Origin: Chara braunii
Taxonomy: Eukaryota > Plantae > Charophyceae
Length of the DNA stretch: 64,000 nt
Assembly (NCBI GenBank): GCA_003427395.1
Contig: BFEA01000009.1
Coordinates: 760,879 to 824,878, forward strand
Direction of reading: 5' to 3'
Below the pieces are notes generated by a model. The model made no database searches and was not told the DNA's origin. It saw nothing but the letters and a program-made list of their open reading frames with translations. Positions 37,556 through 50,859 of the stretch are shown piece after piece (within the stretch, counting starts at the first letter, position 1; each line of letters begins with the position of its first letter). Position numbers and translations under genes: made by a program.

Positions 37556-40500
37556 TGTCAGGCGGCCAAATCCAGTTGGCCTTCCGAAACAGGGAAAATA
37601 TAGGCCTGGATCTCGTGATGCCAACCATTTCTGACAGCAGATATAACAGTCAGGAAACGGAAAAACGCGGCCCTTGAGCCAACCACCTTTTTCCGCTCCC
37701 GCCATCATGTATACTAGACCTGTCTTTATCCTATATAGACTTGGATTTTTTTTAAGACCCATAATGGTACAATTTTAAACCTGCAAGTATCGACACTGGT
37801 GCTTGACCTCGACCGCAGGCACGGGGCTCCGCGCAAGCGATTTGAAGATGACAAGTCGAAGGTGGTATTTTGTTTATTTTTACGGCTCTGATGAAAATGG
37901 AGGGGGTGGAAAAGAACGATGAAAAAAAACGTAAGATTCTCACATTGCACTAATTTCCTATTTCGGTGCCAAGATAATTCCTGTACAAAACTGCCTCGAA
38001 ATATATGTTTTATTAAAACCTCGTTTTTGTGTCTGACCTACCACTGAATTATACTGTGCAAGAGTTAACTGGAACTTAGGATTGAATCATGAGACTTAAC
38101 TCGTGACGCAACAGTTTATTGTCAGGATTTTGGTAGACTCCGTTATGGTGTTTCATATGGTTCATTGCTTCATGATGATTATGGTTTCAGTGCGAGTGAC
38201 AACGTTCTTCACAGACATTTTCAACCGAGAATTCAATTGTCTCGACACCGATTTAAAATCCCAGGGTTAGGCTCTGGTTTGTTTTCAGGTCGCTGGTTTG
38301 GCCCTTCGGGATAGTTGCGGGCTGATATTCGGATGTCGACAAGACGCGGAACCAAATTTAAGATGCTACTGGTCCTATACGGGGTGGAAACGAATAAAAT
38401 ATAAGAGCCAGTGAGAATATAAGAGCGGCACACGACTTTAATATGGCTATGGGCCTTAAACAAGACCGACAAAGCATGCGAGCGAACATCCTTCAAACCT
38501 GGACTAGGATTAGATTTGGCTCTAGTCACAGGCCGCTACCGAGTAACCAGGCCTCAAACCCTAGTAACACTGATAACTAGTCATATTCTGGGGAGAGGCG
38601 AGGGGTCAAATGCTGCATATAGTCTGAGGGGACGAGGACCAAGGGGACCGACATGCGATAGGCCACAACAACCGCCTGAGCACGTGTCGGGGCAGATACG
38701 ATAAGGGAAGCACGAACGACGGGGAAAAGGGGATCTAGTTAAGAGCGGAGAGGGAGACGAACGGAGGGGGCATAGGAACCAGGGGATCGCTCGCGAACAG
38801 CACAGTCCCGACCAAGAAAGCGGTTACTGTGAACGCTGGGAAGTGGCATGTTGCACGGGGGAGGGAGAAGTGCCCAACTACGAGCACAGGGAACATACGA
38901 GCACACGTCCACGAGAAGGCTTCGAGAGTGAGGAGAAAATGATCGAGCGGATGGGCGATCCGTTTCAGCATGAGATGTTTGTGTAACAAGCTAGTGGGGT
39001 GTAGGCACAACTGGATAGGAGCGCCAAAGCGGATGCTCTGGGCAGAAGGAGCGAGCGTTGGGGGAGAATGAGGCGAGCTTGCGAAGACTGAGAACCAGGG
39101 GCTCGGGGAGCTCGGCAATGCGTGTGACCTCGTACAGGGAGAGATCGAGCCGAGCTTGTGAGAGGTGTGAACCAGGCATTAGTCGTCCGCTGCAGCAGAG
39201 GTAGCTTCGCGCAAAGGACGAACGACCTGACTTTGCTAAGTGTGAGTACCAGATGCTCGGTGAGCACAGGGGAAGAAGCAAATTTGTGCAACGCATCGAC
39301 GAGAACTAAGCTGCTTACTCGAGTTAGCGTTCAAACGGTTTTGGACGAGCCATGCGACAGAGGAGCTACGGACAAAGTCCAGCCGTGGGAGGGCAATTGC
39401 GAGTTGTGTGGAAGGTGGTGCAACGAACAACCGACAAGTTACGATCGTGTAAACGAGAGATTAGGGGAGATTGAGGAGGAGTTATGTACGATAAGATAGG
39501 AGGTGAATGAGGAGAATAGTGAACTGGGGGACGCCCGCTCAGTGAGCAACCACTTTGGCGAGAAGCGAGCACACCCCCTGGGTCGCTCTTCTTTCATCCC
39601 CTCGCTCGCCTTGTCCTCGGGAGTTCCTTGTTTCGTCGTCACCTCCTTCGAGTGCTTTAACTCAAGGAGAAGAACAACGAGCATCCGGTGACAGGAGCGA
39701 GATCAGCGAGGTGACTGCAGGCAAGGTGGTCATAGAGATCAACTGTCTGTACCAGCGTTCGGGCCATATGTGCGCGAGTGAGCTGACAAGAAGGGGGTAC
39801 CTCTGAGAGCGAACCGCGGGGACAACACTCGAACAGTGGCGGTCCGAAAGAGCTAGTTGCACGGGAAAAGCGAAGACCAGGGAGCGACGAGTGCATATGG
39901 CCTCGACTAGTGACAGATTAAAGCGCGCGAAGGAGGTGGCGACGAAACAGGGAACTCCCAAGGACAAGGCGAGAGAGGGGATGAAAGAAGAGCGACACGG
40001 GGGCCCTTACATACGTGGCACATCAAGATCAAGAAGTTCTTGCGTACACGGGATTGGTGAAAACGCGTGAACTTATGCGAGCAGTCTCATGATCAATTGA
40101 ACTAAAATCCCGCTCCAGAAGGCGGGAAGGCAAACTGTAGAGGACACGTGTAAGCACATGTGATCGACCAAACGACCCTCGGAAGGATCACGCTCGAGAG
40201 GGTGGAGAGACCGGGTGTCAGTAGTGTCGCTCGAGCTCAGGCGATCAACCTAAGGGTCATCAAAACAATCTAGTGACCTAAGAGTGGGTGGACTAACGAG
40301 GGAGTACAATCAACCATCAGGGTTTGGTTAAGGTGAATGGTACGGATGCAATCACTACTTGCCTGAGTCCCTGAAAGAGGTGCACAGGTAAGGGAACAAG
40401 AGTATCAGATGAATCGTCGGCAATATCGCATTGAAGTTAAACTTTGACTCCGTATATGGGTTTACACAATAGGTTCATCGTTGTCAGAGGTTCGCCCACC

Positions 40501-41167
40501 CGACTCAAGTTTGTGTGCTAGATCGATTGATCGTAGAAGACGTTCTTGAGTTCGAACTTGCGGGGCAGAACGAACATCAACTACAGTTTCAGCCTACTCG
40601 ACAGGTATCAGCCCGGGTTTGCGAGATGTCGAGTGCAGCAAGCTCAGGGGGTATAACCATAGGGTGGTGTCGTGAGTTACACACCATCCCTTAGACGACC
40701 TGGTTAATTATGAGAGCGCGTCGATCCCCACTATCCTAACGCTCGTGAATATTAATGATTATTTATCTTTCTTTCATACCATCTTACTTAATGTTCCTTC
40801 TTCTTGGGATCTCCTGAAAGCATAAGCTTCCATGTTCTCCTTTCACAATAATGAAATGTGGAGCTACTGAGTGTAACCTCCCTGTTAGTAGGAAGAGACT
40901 ACCCCCCCCCCTGCGATGTGCTATTATGAAACTGGTCTAAGCTGAAAGTGGGTGTGAAGCGGGACCTCTACAACGGCCAACACTATGACTTATCTACAAA
41001 TCTGTTACTGTATCGAAACCCTTGTGGAATTCGCGAAGAGATGGAATATAGGGAGGACACTCACTGGACCGCTGAGGACCGCTAAGCCGGGGGCAGTGGG
41101 TGATAGGCACTCTTGTTGCGGGCTTCAGCAGTTCGACGAGCTCCTTCACCCCTGAACTCCCGAGACA
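37556..41167 (+). repeat. 5' LTR of element B, interrupted by a 2.6-kb insert (37587-40210)
   Basis: 37556-37586 matches the start of the 3' LTR; similarity resumes at ccgggtgtcag (40211). Confidence 0.8.
37587..40210. mobile_element. Unclassified 2.6-kb insertion, possibly part of another LTR element
   Basis: Absent from the 3' LTR; flanked by ccg/ccg; contains an LTR-end-like cccttaca at ~40011; no recognisable protein. Confidence 0.5.
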
Positions 41168-41170
41168 GTT

Positions 41171-41188
41171 TGGCGTCGTCGCCGGGGA
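41171..41188 (+). other. Primer-binding site complementary to tRNA-Asp
   Basis: tggcgtcgtcgccgggga, 3 nt after the LTR end; 16/18 match to the Athila-type TGGCGCCGTTGCCGGGGA. Confidence 0.85.
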
Positions 41189-41384
41189 CGGGACAACACC
41201 CCAGGGTCTCGACCTTCCCTATTAGAAAGGGGGTGCAACAAGCTAAATTTTGGTTAGGTTGCAATGTGAAACCCTTTCGTTTGAAATTTTATATAGTTTG
41301 CGAAAAACAAAATTTCTTTCTTTGGGTTCTTTTTGTAAAATTGCATGTGAAATAAATATCTTCTGCGGTTATATTATAGTATTA

Positions 41385-41890
41385 ATTTCCCCGATCCATG
41401 TGGGGCGGGGAAATGTTGTCAAAAATTTTCAAAAATTATACTAAATTCACTTGTATTTCTTTGATAAAATCAAAATCTGTAACGTTCTGTTTTTATTTTT
41501 TCCGACCCCTAGTGGGGCCGGGAAACTCTGCCAAAATTTTTTGAAATTAATTTTCGATTCTGTTACGTTGTGTTTTTATTTTTCCCGACCTTTAGTGGGG
41601 TGGGGAAACTTTGTCAAAAAAAATTGAAATTAATTTTTGATTCTGTTACGTTCTGTTTTTATTTTTCCCGATCTCTGTTGAGGTGGGGAAACTCTGTCAA
41701 AATTTGTTACGTTTTGTTTTGATTTTTCCCGACCCCTAGTGGGGTTGGGAAACTCTATCAAACTTTTTCAAAATTTATTTATGATTCTGTTACTTTCTGT
41801 TTTTATTTTTCCCGACCCTTAGTGGGGTGGGGAAACCCTGTCAAAATTTTTCAAAATTAATTTATGATTTTGTTACGTTCTGTTTTTATA
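41385..41890. repeat. ~83-bp tandem repeat in the element B leader (6 units, plus an orphan unit at ~42915)
   Basis: ttcccgaccc.tagtggggtggggaaactctgtcaaaa...ttctgttacgttctgtttttatt repeated. Confidence 0.85.
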
Positions 41891-42999
41891 TTATCTTGAA
41901 TTGAACATTAAAAAAACAATTTAGAAACCAGTTAAAATTTCGAAAAGTATGTAAAAAAATATTTAAATATTGTATATTAATAATATTATCTTGAACAAAA
42001 TATTAAAAATTATTTAAAATTTTATAAATTATTACTAAAATATAATAAATACTTAAATATTGTGATTTATTTTTGATAAACTATTAAAAATCCAAGTAGG
42101 AAATCCGGATTTCCGGCAGACCAATTTTATCGTGAATTTTCAATCTGGATGAAATTTCCGTATTAATTCCGGATATGGAAAATCCGGCCCTGCGCAAAAT
42201 ATTTTTTTTTTACCGAAAAATAAAAAATTCAAAAAAATATGGAAAACAATAATGTTATTCATATCAATGATATGAACAACTTTTGGCTTGATGCCATTTT
42301 TGATTACTCAACAGATATGAAGATAAAAAATAAAACAGAATAAGAAAATAATATTTAGATAAATAATTATAGAATGAATTAACTTCAATTAAGCATCCCC
42401 CCTCTAAACCCCATTACTCCCTATCTTATCCCCTTTGAACCCTTCCAGGCCCTATCAAGCTTTTCATGAAATAGGAACGTANNNNNNNNNNNNNNNNNNN
42501 NNNNNNNNNNNNNNNNNNNNNNNNNNGGCTATTTTTTTAATCATCCGGATTTTCGGATGATCCTAACCCCCGATCATCCGGCCAAATAATCCGACCAGAT
42601 TTTCCGGCCAAATTACCCAGCAAATCGAGAGGCATAGCTGAGGCGAACGCTTGAAACGAGACACCCGGTCGAGGACAGTTAGTGTGGCTTTGGCCTGACT
42701 TCGAATCACAAGGGCTAGGTCGGCCTGCGATAGGAGATCGACTCTCAGACTAGACCACCTGGAGGATCACGTTCCAGAGTACAGGGCGTCTAGTTCAGAG
42801 GGAGTGACCTGTGACCGGGGAGACTCGCCAGAGGTCTAAGCGCGAGGGCGGTCATTTCACTGGACGTGTTCCGATGGGTCACGGGTACTGACGTTTAGGG
42901 TTAAAGTCCGCCCTGACCTCGTGTGGGGTGGGGGAATGCTGCCAAAATTTTTTGAAATTTCGAGCATTTCGTATACCATACACTATTCCATATCGTGCC

Positions 43000-45900
43000 T
43001 TATACTATGAGGTAGTATCATCCTTGGTAGAGCGAGCCTCACAACGTGCATGAGTCTATTGGAGCCACCACAGGTTTCTCAAGACTATGAACCTATGAGG
43101 TCTATTGGACTACCCTGATACAACCACCGGTGCTCTATGACGACGGGACGACTGGGATCCCTCCAATAGGTTTCGGCGAGACTAACAGATGAACCTACAG
43201 CAGTCCACGATCTGTGCTCGTCATTGAGGGGGTATGGATGTGGATGTACCATGCCTCTACCTGTGAACGCAATAGTTGAGGGCGGGTGGTGCTGGATACC
43301 GTGAGGATTGAAGTCAGGGTGTACATCTATATTAGTAGAGAGGAAGAGAGTACAATTGTCCTGGAGTACCTGACTCAGGGAGATTTGTATCTCTTACAGA
43401 GAGCCGAGGTGATTCTCTAGGCTGAGGTGGAGGCCACAGCCAGAGACGAGGAGCAGAGTTTCGTCGAGCACCGAGCCCTCTTTGGGGGAACTCGACCGGA
43501 CCCTATGACAGGACATTTCCTTACGGAAGCCAACGGGTATTTTTCGTTTCCTCCGGGAGACTCACACTTGCGGGTGATTGTACCCCTGTTTGTGGCGGAC
43601 CAACTCTTCGGAGGGCTAGGTGCCATAGTAGAGGAGTACTTGGTGACAGGCGAGCTGGCTAGACTTGCTATGAGTGGCCACGAGGAGAGGCTGATTTACT
43701 CTGCCTTAGTTTCAGGAGGACTCTGGCGCTCCACGGACCCTGTAGGACTGGTGGAGTTTGTACGGTCATACTCGACGCTCCCGTTCTACGCGGTAGGGGT
43801 GTTCCCTCATGGGTGTTCGAGAGGGCTCTCCATAGTGGGACCAATTTCTTGGGAGGAGTCGCTACCCTGTTTGACGACGAGTCATATTGGCCGGAGTCTG
43901 GGCTCGTAGGGATTGCAGAGTCAAAGAGGTATTACGAGGACCTCGAGCCTAAGCGGGAGCAGCCAGATGAGGGGTGGATAGAGGATGATTTGGACCGACG
44001 GGAGCAGGATGACTATGGATGATGGATCCTTATAGAGCCTGATTTGGACTTAGTGGAGCTTTTCACGAGGACGGAGAGGATCAGGAGTCAGAGGACGTCG
44101 TTCACTGGCCACGAATAGGGATCGATCTTCGAGGGAGTCTCGGGGGTTGTACTGAGGCGTAGAGAGCGCATTCAGGTGCGAGGTGGTAACGGTGCTAGGT
44201 GCGGTGAGAGAACCAGTTGGATAGTGGAGCTAGCCGCGATACCTGAACTCCCGGTCGAGGACCTACGATGGCCTAGACCACCTGAGATTGTAGCGACTGC
44301 AGAGTGGAGTTTGACCTACCTGCCAAGAGCATAGATTGCTCAGGACTTCACGGAAGGTGGAGATCGATACTACTAGCCCCTTCAGTCTGGCTGTGGACAT
44401 ACGTGAGAGACACTTTCGAGAGAGACAACCAAAAATGGCATGTGCGAGGGACGACGAGTATAGAGGTGATCGGGCACATGTATTACGAGCACTCGATTAG
44501 AGACACAATTTACTTTGAGGGACTGGTGCACGACCACTGGCTTTGCGAGAGCGAGGTGAGGACCATCCTATCGGGCCAGGCCGAGACTGTGAGTGAGGAG
44601 ATCAAGGGATCGGAGGGCACGGTCAGGTCGGTAGAAACACGGATCTAAATAGAGGGTGCCATTCCGTTCCCGAGCAGTCCGCTGCGGGTGACGATTCCGG
44701 TTTTCGTAGTCGAGGAGCTCTGGAGCTTGGGCCACGTTGTTGACGCATACTTTGCTGCTCTCGAGTTGGATGACCTTGTTCATGGGCCGGTGGACTGTCA
44801 ATGGGTAGCTTACGCACAGTTTGTTGCGGGACCTCTCACGGGAGAGAGGGGGCTCCAACTGATAAAGTTTATCCGAGCGTTAGCGCCGTCCTAGGCCTGA
44901 TCGGGTCCTGGTCCTGCGGTTCTACTCAACCCGATCAGGCCCCGGAGCTTTGGCTGACTTTAGAGAGAGAGCTTCAGAGGCCACCGGATTATCTGGGAGG
45001 TGTAGGCCAGCTCCTGAGTGAGACTCGTCGAAGGGGGTCTGGTCCTCTCATTCGTGCCTGGGAAACCGAGGAGCGGTATCGTCGGATCTATCCTGGTGAG
45101 TCCTGTGTCTGGTGGGCCTATCTTCTGATCAAAGAGTCTAAGGGCATATAAGGCCAAACGGCTACGAGGACCTAGAGAGTCCGCGCTAGGTTACGATGTA
45201 TCGATACCCATACGCCTAGAGCACGATGGTACGAGACTGATAAAACACAGCGGGATCTGGATAGCTCCTGAAGTCTACCTCTCGATTACGTACGTGGAGA
45301 GTCGAGACATAGGGGGGCTGCCTCAGATGGAGCTTATAGGTAACCTCATCTTAGGGGATGCACTCGACCGAGATATTGGACCGACTTTAGCAGGCGTTAG
45401 CAGGAGGTTATGACAGCTCGAGTCCTTAGCGAAGTTAGCGCGAGATATATTGGACCATAGGCGCGCTCGAGAGGTGAGTGGGTGGTCTACGTCGACGCTC
45501 GTTATAGGGCCTCCAACCGAGAGACTTTACCAATAGGGAACATGAGGTGTGTCTTTCCTGACTTCGTGATAGGGAGGGCTACGCCATTTAGCGAGAGTTG
45601 TTGACTGAACCTTCAGGGTCCTCGGGAGAGGAATTGAGGATCAATATAGAGACACCTATTTCACTCTGTGCGTGAGGTGGGGGCCACTTGAGGAGGATAT
45701 CGTGGAAGATATCATTAACGCCACCTGCTGGTACGACTCCATCACCCCTAGCAACTTCGTAGAGTACTGCAAGAGGCGGATAAAGGCCACATATACGGGT
45801 TTAGACTCTCTCGACCGTTTGTTTGAGGAAAAATCTGATAAGTTTCCCAAAGTAGAAGGGGTGCGGAGGTTGTTTGAGGAGAAGGACGGTTAAATGTCTG

Positions 45901-48330
45901 GGCGGATACCACCACATAGAACCGTGCACAGAGAGCGAGTGGATGACAGTAACGGTTCTACTTAGAGTCACGACTGAGACGGATCTTACTGAGGTGGAGT
46001 GCATGGATCTAGCGAGAGTGATCATAAGGGAGCAGAGGCCTGAGGTGGTTGAAGCAATCACGTTCCAGAAGAAGATATCATTTGAGGTGATGGTATGGAG
46101 TAGAGGATTCATGCGAGCCGAATTGTTCCACGACGAGACGCCAGCAGAAGAGAGAGCTCGAATGTAAGGAGATCGACAGAGTCAAAGGAAGATGAGGAGT
46201 TAAGGAAGATGAGTTAGTAAAGAGAGAAAAGGAGCAAATCATAGAACCCGTGTTAAAGCGAGTCAAGGAATTGGCGCTAAGTATTCGAGCATACGCAGTT
46301 TCTGAGAGCGGTCGTAAGTTACGGAGGATAGAGAGAGAAACAAATGAACTAGAGAGGGTCTTTAGAGAAGACAAGGAATTTATCAAGAGGTGGAGGCTTG
46401 AGTTCTTTTAGAGGGTGAAGGCGAGAGGCCATCAACAGCCGGAGCCAGGAGAATCGTCCAAGTCCATTAGGCAAGAGGAGGAAAAAGGCAACGTAGAGAC
46501 AGACCGATGATGAAAGACGATGAGTACATGTCAGTTTAGTAACGACAAGTACTCTCAGCACGTAGTAGGGAAGTTGGAGGGGTCGGTGGTCTACGTGGTG
46601 ATTCAAGTGGAGCATCTAGCGAAACTAGGAGTGATCGAGGAGGCAGAGTGCATACAGAAAGGGCCAAGGGACGCGTGAGGGACTGCACTCTGGGTAGGAG
46701 TTGAAGACGGATGCCTAATCAGGTTCGTATTGACTACGACATTGTTTGAAGGAGGAGTTTCTTTTCGTTCATGGCAAAAGACCTTAAGTAAAACCGAGAG
46801 ACTTCTGAAGAGGCACGCTAGGGAATCAAGAGAACTAGCGAGAGTTATCGTGGACGAAGCAATTCTAAGGACGTTGGAGGCGCACACACGGTATCGCCGA
46901 GAGATACTAAGGAATCTCGAAGACGTGGAAAACTTCGGTGACGCCGATGATTTTGAAAAACTCTTCCTGGTCCTAAAAGCGTCCACAGAAAAGATGTTGG
47001 CGGCCCTCGAGCTAACAACACAAGAGTGTTAAGCCAGGGGCTAAACTCAACACTAAACCCGAGCTTGTTATGAGACTGATTTTCATAGGTCCGGGCTGGT
47101 TCTTAATTGTTAGGGCTGACTTTCACTGGTCCGAGGTAATTCCATTGGGAACTAACCGGTGATCATGCGTTGATACTAGTCGGAGATCGATGTCGGGCCT
47201 TGATCAGTGGGAAGCCGAAGTGGAGCTAGAACCAGAGGCGGTGAACGTCCATATCATAGCTGGAGGCATAGGATTGGTGGGCCGGACCAGGAGTCAGGGA
47301 GGACTGCAATCGTTCTTTGCACGAGCTAGACAAATAGCGAAGGAGGCGGTGATGACCCAAATAGGATTCTGGCATACCCTTACCATACAGGTGTCCGGCC
47401 CAGGAGGAGCGGTAGCGTACGAAGGTGGTTGGGAGAGATTTGATTCGGAAGAATTCACCAGAGGAGAGAGAGCCGAACGGAGTTAAGGGGAAGAGATGGA
47501 AGTTCGGAAGATGGAACGAACCGCTTGAACACATAATGGCTAGAGGGGGTGAGTTTCCGTCGGTCGGAGGTAACGTAGTTCGAGAAGGATCGACTGACCT
47601 ACATCTGCTCTTGAGAACATGGACTCGCGAGGACATATGTGCCTTGGGGAGTTCGATTTGTAAAAGGGCGAGGTGCCCTAAAATAGAAGTAGTCTAGATA
47701 AGGAGAGGCGCCTCATGTGTAGCGGGACAGGAAGGAGAGCTCTACCTTGATACTGGTATCTTCGGAGTGGAGGGCGAGCACGAGCTCCGAGATGAGAGCG
47801 GAAGACTGAGAGTTGTTATGAGGGCCGTAGAGAACTAGGTTCTAAGGCGGGAATGATAACAAATGGTACGAGGTTGATTCGCTCCAGGAACACTCATGAA
47901 TCAAAATCGTTAAGCGAAACCGACTTACTGAGAGTAAGAGGGGGATAGACGACCGAGATCGAAAATTGGTCCGGGCTGCCAGTTCTGACATTAGGTCCGG
48001 GCTTCCAGCTCTGGCGTCAGGTACTGCGAGGCCTTACAACATTTGGGAGAAGGTAGAATACATGGAGTCGGACGCGATGGGGGCGCAACATGGGACAATG
48101 AAGTATCACACCTCACCTGATCGAGCCCTTAGAGAACTTAGAAAGGGATTTAGAAAGGCTCCATTGAAATGGGGGGGAGAAGAAGGAGATGGAGAGCCCG
48201 AAGTGGCGGAGATACAAAAAACAGTGGAAGCGCACACGACCAATAGTCTCGTGCAAACCGCTCCTGCACTTCATAGGAAGAGTAGGACCGAGCCCCCGGA
48301 CGTGGGGAGGACGAGTGAGTAAAGGCGTGG
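43000..48330 (+). pseudogene. Decayed extra coding region upstream of gag in element B
   Basis: Chain of protein-like plus-strand ORF pieces (43427-43909, 44304-44648, 44688-44894, 45672-46167, 46730-47032, 47190-47486) separated by stops; no recognisable domain. Confidence 0.45.
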
Positions 48331-48406
48331 TTCGTCAGAACAAATGTGGGGAGATAACTGTCGAGATTGGAGGGAGGACTACATGTGCGAAAGAGACTAG
48401 AGACTC

Positions 48407-50604
48407 ATGGAGCGGATGAGAGATAGAACCACACCCAAACGGGTCTATGACCCGGAGATAGAAGATTCCTACGTGCTGCCTTACGAGAGGCGCGAGAGGT
48501 GCCACATTTCACATGTGGCTTATGACCTAGACACCAAACCACTGATGTTCAGGGGGTATGGAATTTCCAAGTACCTAGAGAAGTGGGAGCTCCACGACTT
48601 CTATAGCCAGAGGAATATTGATAACTTCCTATTCAACTGTAATCCAGTTCTAGGTAAGGAAGTACGTAACGTCAGGCCAAGGGGTAGGAGATGAAGATCC
48701 TACAAGGAAGCTTTGTATAAACTTTTCAAGCATGAGGACATACAATATACCATAAAGGACCTTGAATGTTGATATGAGGAAAGGACGAGAGCGTGCATGC
48801 CTTTAGGAAGAGATTTGAGAAGATGTCGGAGACGCTCATAGCTAAGGGGAAGCTCTCGGAAGTGGATCGATGTACGATCTTCATCACGCGACTCCCAAAA
48901 GGGAAACAAAAGGGGATCCTGAGAGAGCTCCCACATGACCGCCTGGATTTTCAGACCGGCCATCAAAGCCGAGACAAAAGATTAAAAGGATCTTGTCTAG
49001 ATGGGCATTCGTAAGAGAGAAGGTCGGACCGGGAGTTGGCAATATCACGATTATGAAAAGTGCCCCGACTTGGATGACAGACCTTGGGCCGACAGGAGAT
49101 TTGAGAGGGATGATCGTAATAGAGGATATCGGGATGATTCACGCGGGAGGTACGACAGAGGCGATCGGGACATGGATCGTCGTGATGACTCCAGAGGAAG
49201 ATACGACCAGGATAGGGATTGTCGAGATGACTCCAGAGGGAGATATTATAGAGACGGTGGACGACGGGACGACTCCATGGGCCGATCCGATCGTGGCAGA
49301 GAATCGCGAGATGACTCTAGAGGATGGAGAGAGGTGGATGCTAGATCTCCGGGCGTTATGGGACATCTCGAGGACAGGCCATTGACACCTCGGAGCACCT
49401 GTGTGTATTACAGATCTGATGACCACGTGAAGAGAGACTGCCCTGACTTGCAGAGAGCAATAGATGATGGGATAGTGGTACTTGACGATAGGAAGTATGT
49501 CAAGTGGGCTAATGACCGAGGGGACGTATCTATGTTTCCTTCGATGAAGGAAATCGTCGAAGCAAGAAAGGCAAAGGCCCACAAAGGTAAGCAAGCAGCC
49601 AAGAGTCAGAGTGTCAGGATGGTGTTTAGCTCGGACGAGGAAAGTCCGAGGACCCCTATCCGGGTCGCCGCTACGAGGTCGCGGGGGTCTTCTTCCAAGA
49701 AACCCGACACTGACATGGTGATGATGGATAAGGAAGGAGGAAAGATAAGCGGGGAAGACATAGTAATATCACCAAGAAAGAAAGGACCAAAGAAGTTCAC
49801 AATGAGAAACACATTGGATGACATCGACACTGTAGAACCTCTGAGGAGAGCGCTGAGACAGCCAATGCTGTGCATCCTAATGGAATACCTGACAGCGTTA
49901 AGAGCAACGCGAGACGAGTTTCAAGCAATTACGAGGAAAACACGCATACCACTAGGTGGAGAGATACTTGGGGAGCCGCCCGCCGACGCGTCAGTAGTCG
50001 TTGTATCGAGTACAAGAACGAGAGAGTATGTGCTTAAAGTAGAGAGAGTCACGACGATATACCTACCTGGGAGAGAAGGGGTCCCTCCGGACAGGTTCTA
50101 CGTCTTAGGGAGTGGTGTCGTGGACACGGTACTTAACGATGACGTGACTCTGCAAGGAGTGATAGATAATGGTCGATTGTCATTGGAGAGGACCTTGCCA
50201 AGAAGCTCGAGCTCGACCTGGATCGGTCGTACAAGTTCGAGATGGAAACAGCGGACAAGAAGAGACAGGATGTGGTAAGGGTATGTCATGAAGCGACCAT
50301 TGAAGTTTGTGGCATCAAGATTAAAATGCCTCTATTCAAGGTTAAGGATCGTAGTGCGGAGATTTTACTAGGGCGCACCTGGCTAAGCTACATCCACTCC
50401 ATCATTATTGAGCGGTCGTACGACAGTCAGATGGTCTTTATTAAACGAGATGACGAGGCGCGAGTCATGATCGAGACGGTGGAGTCCCGTGATCCGAGGA
50501 ACAGAGCTGCACTCGACATGCTTCCTAAGCAAAAGACCGTACACTCCGTTGCAGGCCGACAGATACAATTCAGGGAAAATAAATTTGGGATGAGGCTTAC
50601 ATAG
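48407..50604 (+). pseudogene. gag: Element B gag and protease (disrupted)
   Basis: FRGYGISKYLEKWE, R/D-rich repeats, CVYYRSDDHVKRDC knuckle, GVIDNG protease site and ILLGRTWL. Confidence 0.85.
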
Positions 50605-50859
50605 GAGGAGAACCGGGTCATCGAAATGGAGGATCTGGAGGAGAGATTTGTGGTTGATGGGGTGTTTTATCCTAAGGACCGAGACTAGGAGATCAAAGGA
50701 GTTATCTCTGTATATTTTTTAAGGGCAATCCCCCGTATGGGGGCCGACCTAAAGGACACAAGTGTGTAGCTGAGAAGGTCAAACCCGCGGTTGTGGGGCG
50801 CCAACGAACGATAGATGAAGGTATATCTGAAGAAGAGATCGCAAGGGCGATAAAGGAAA

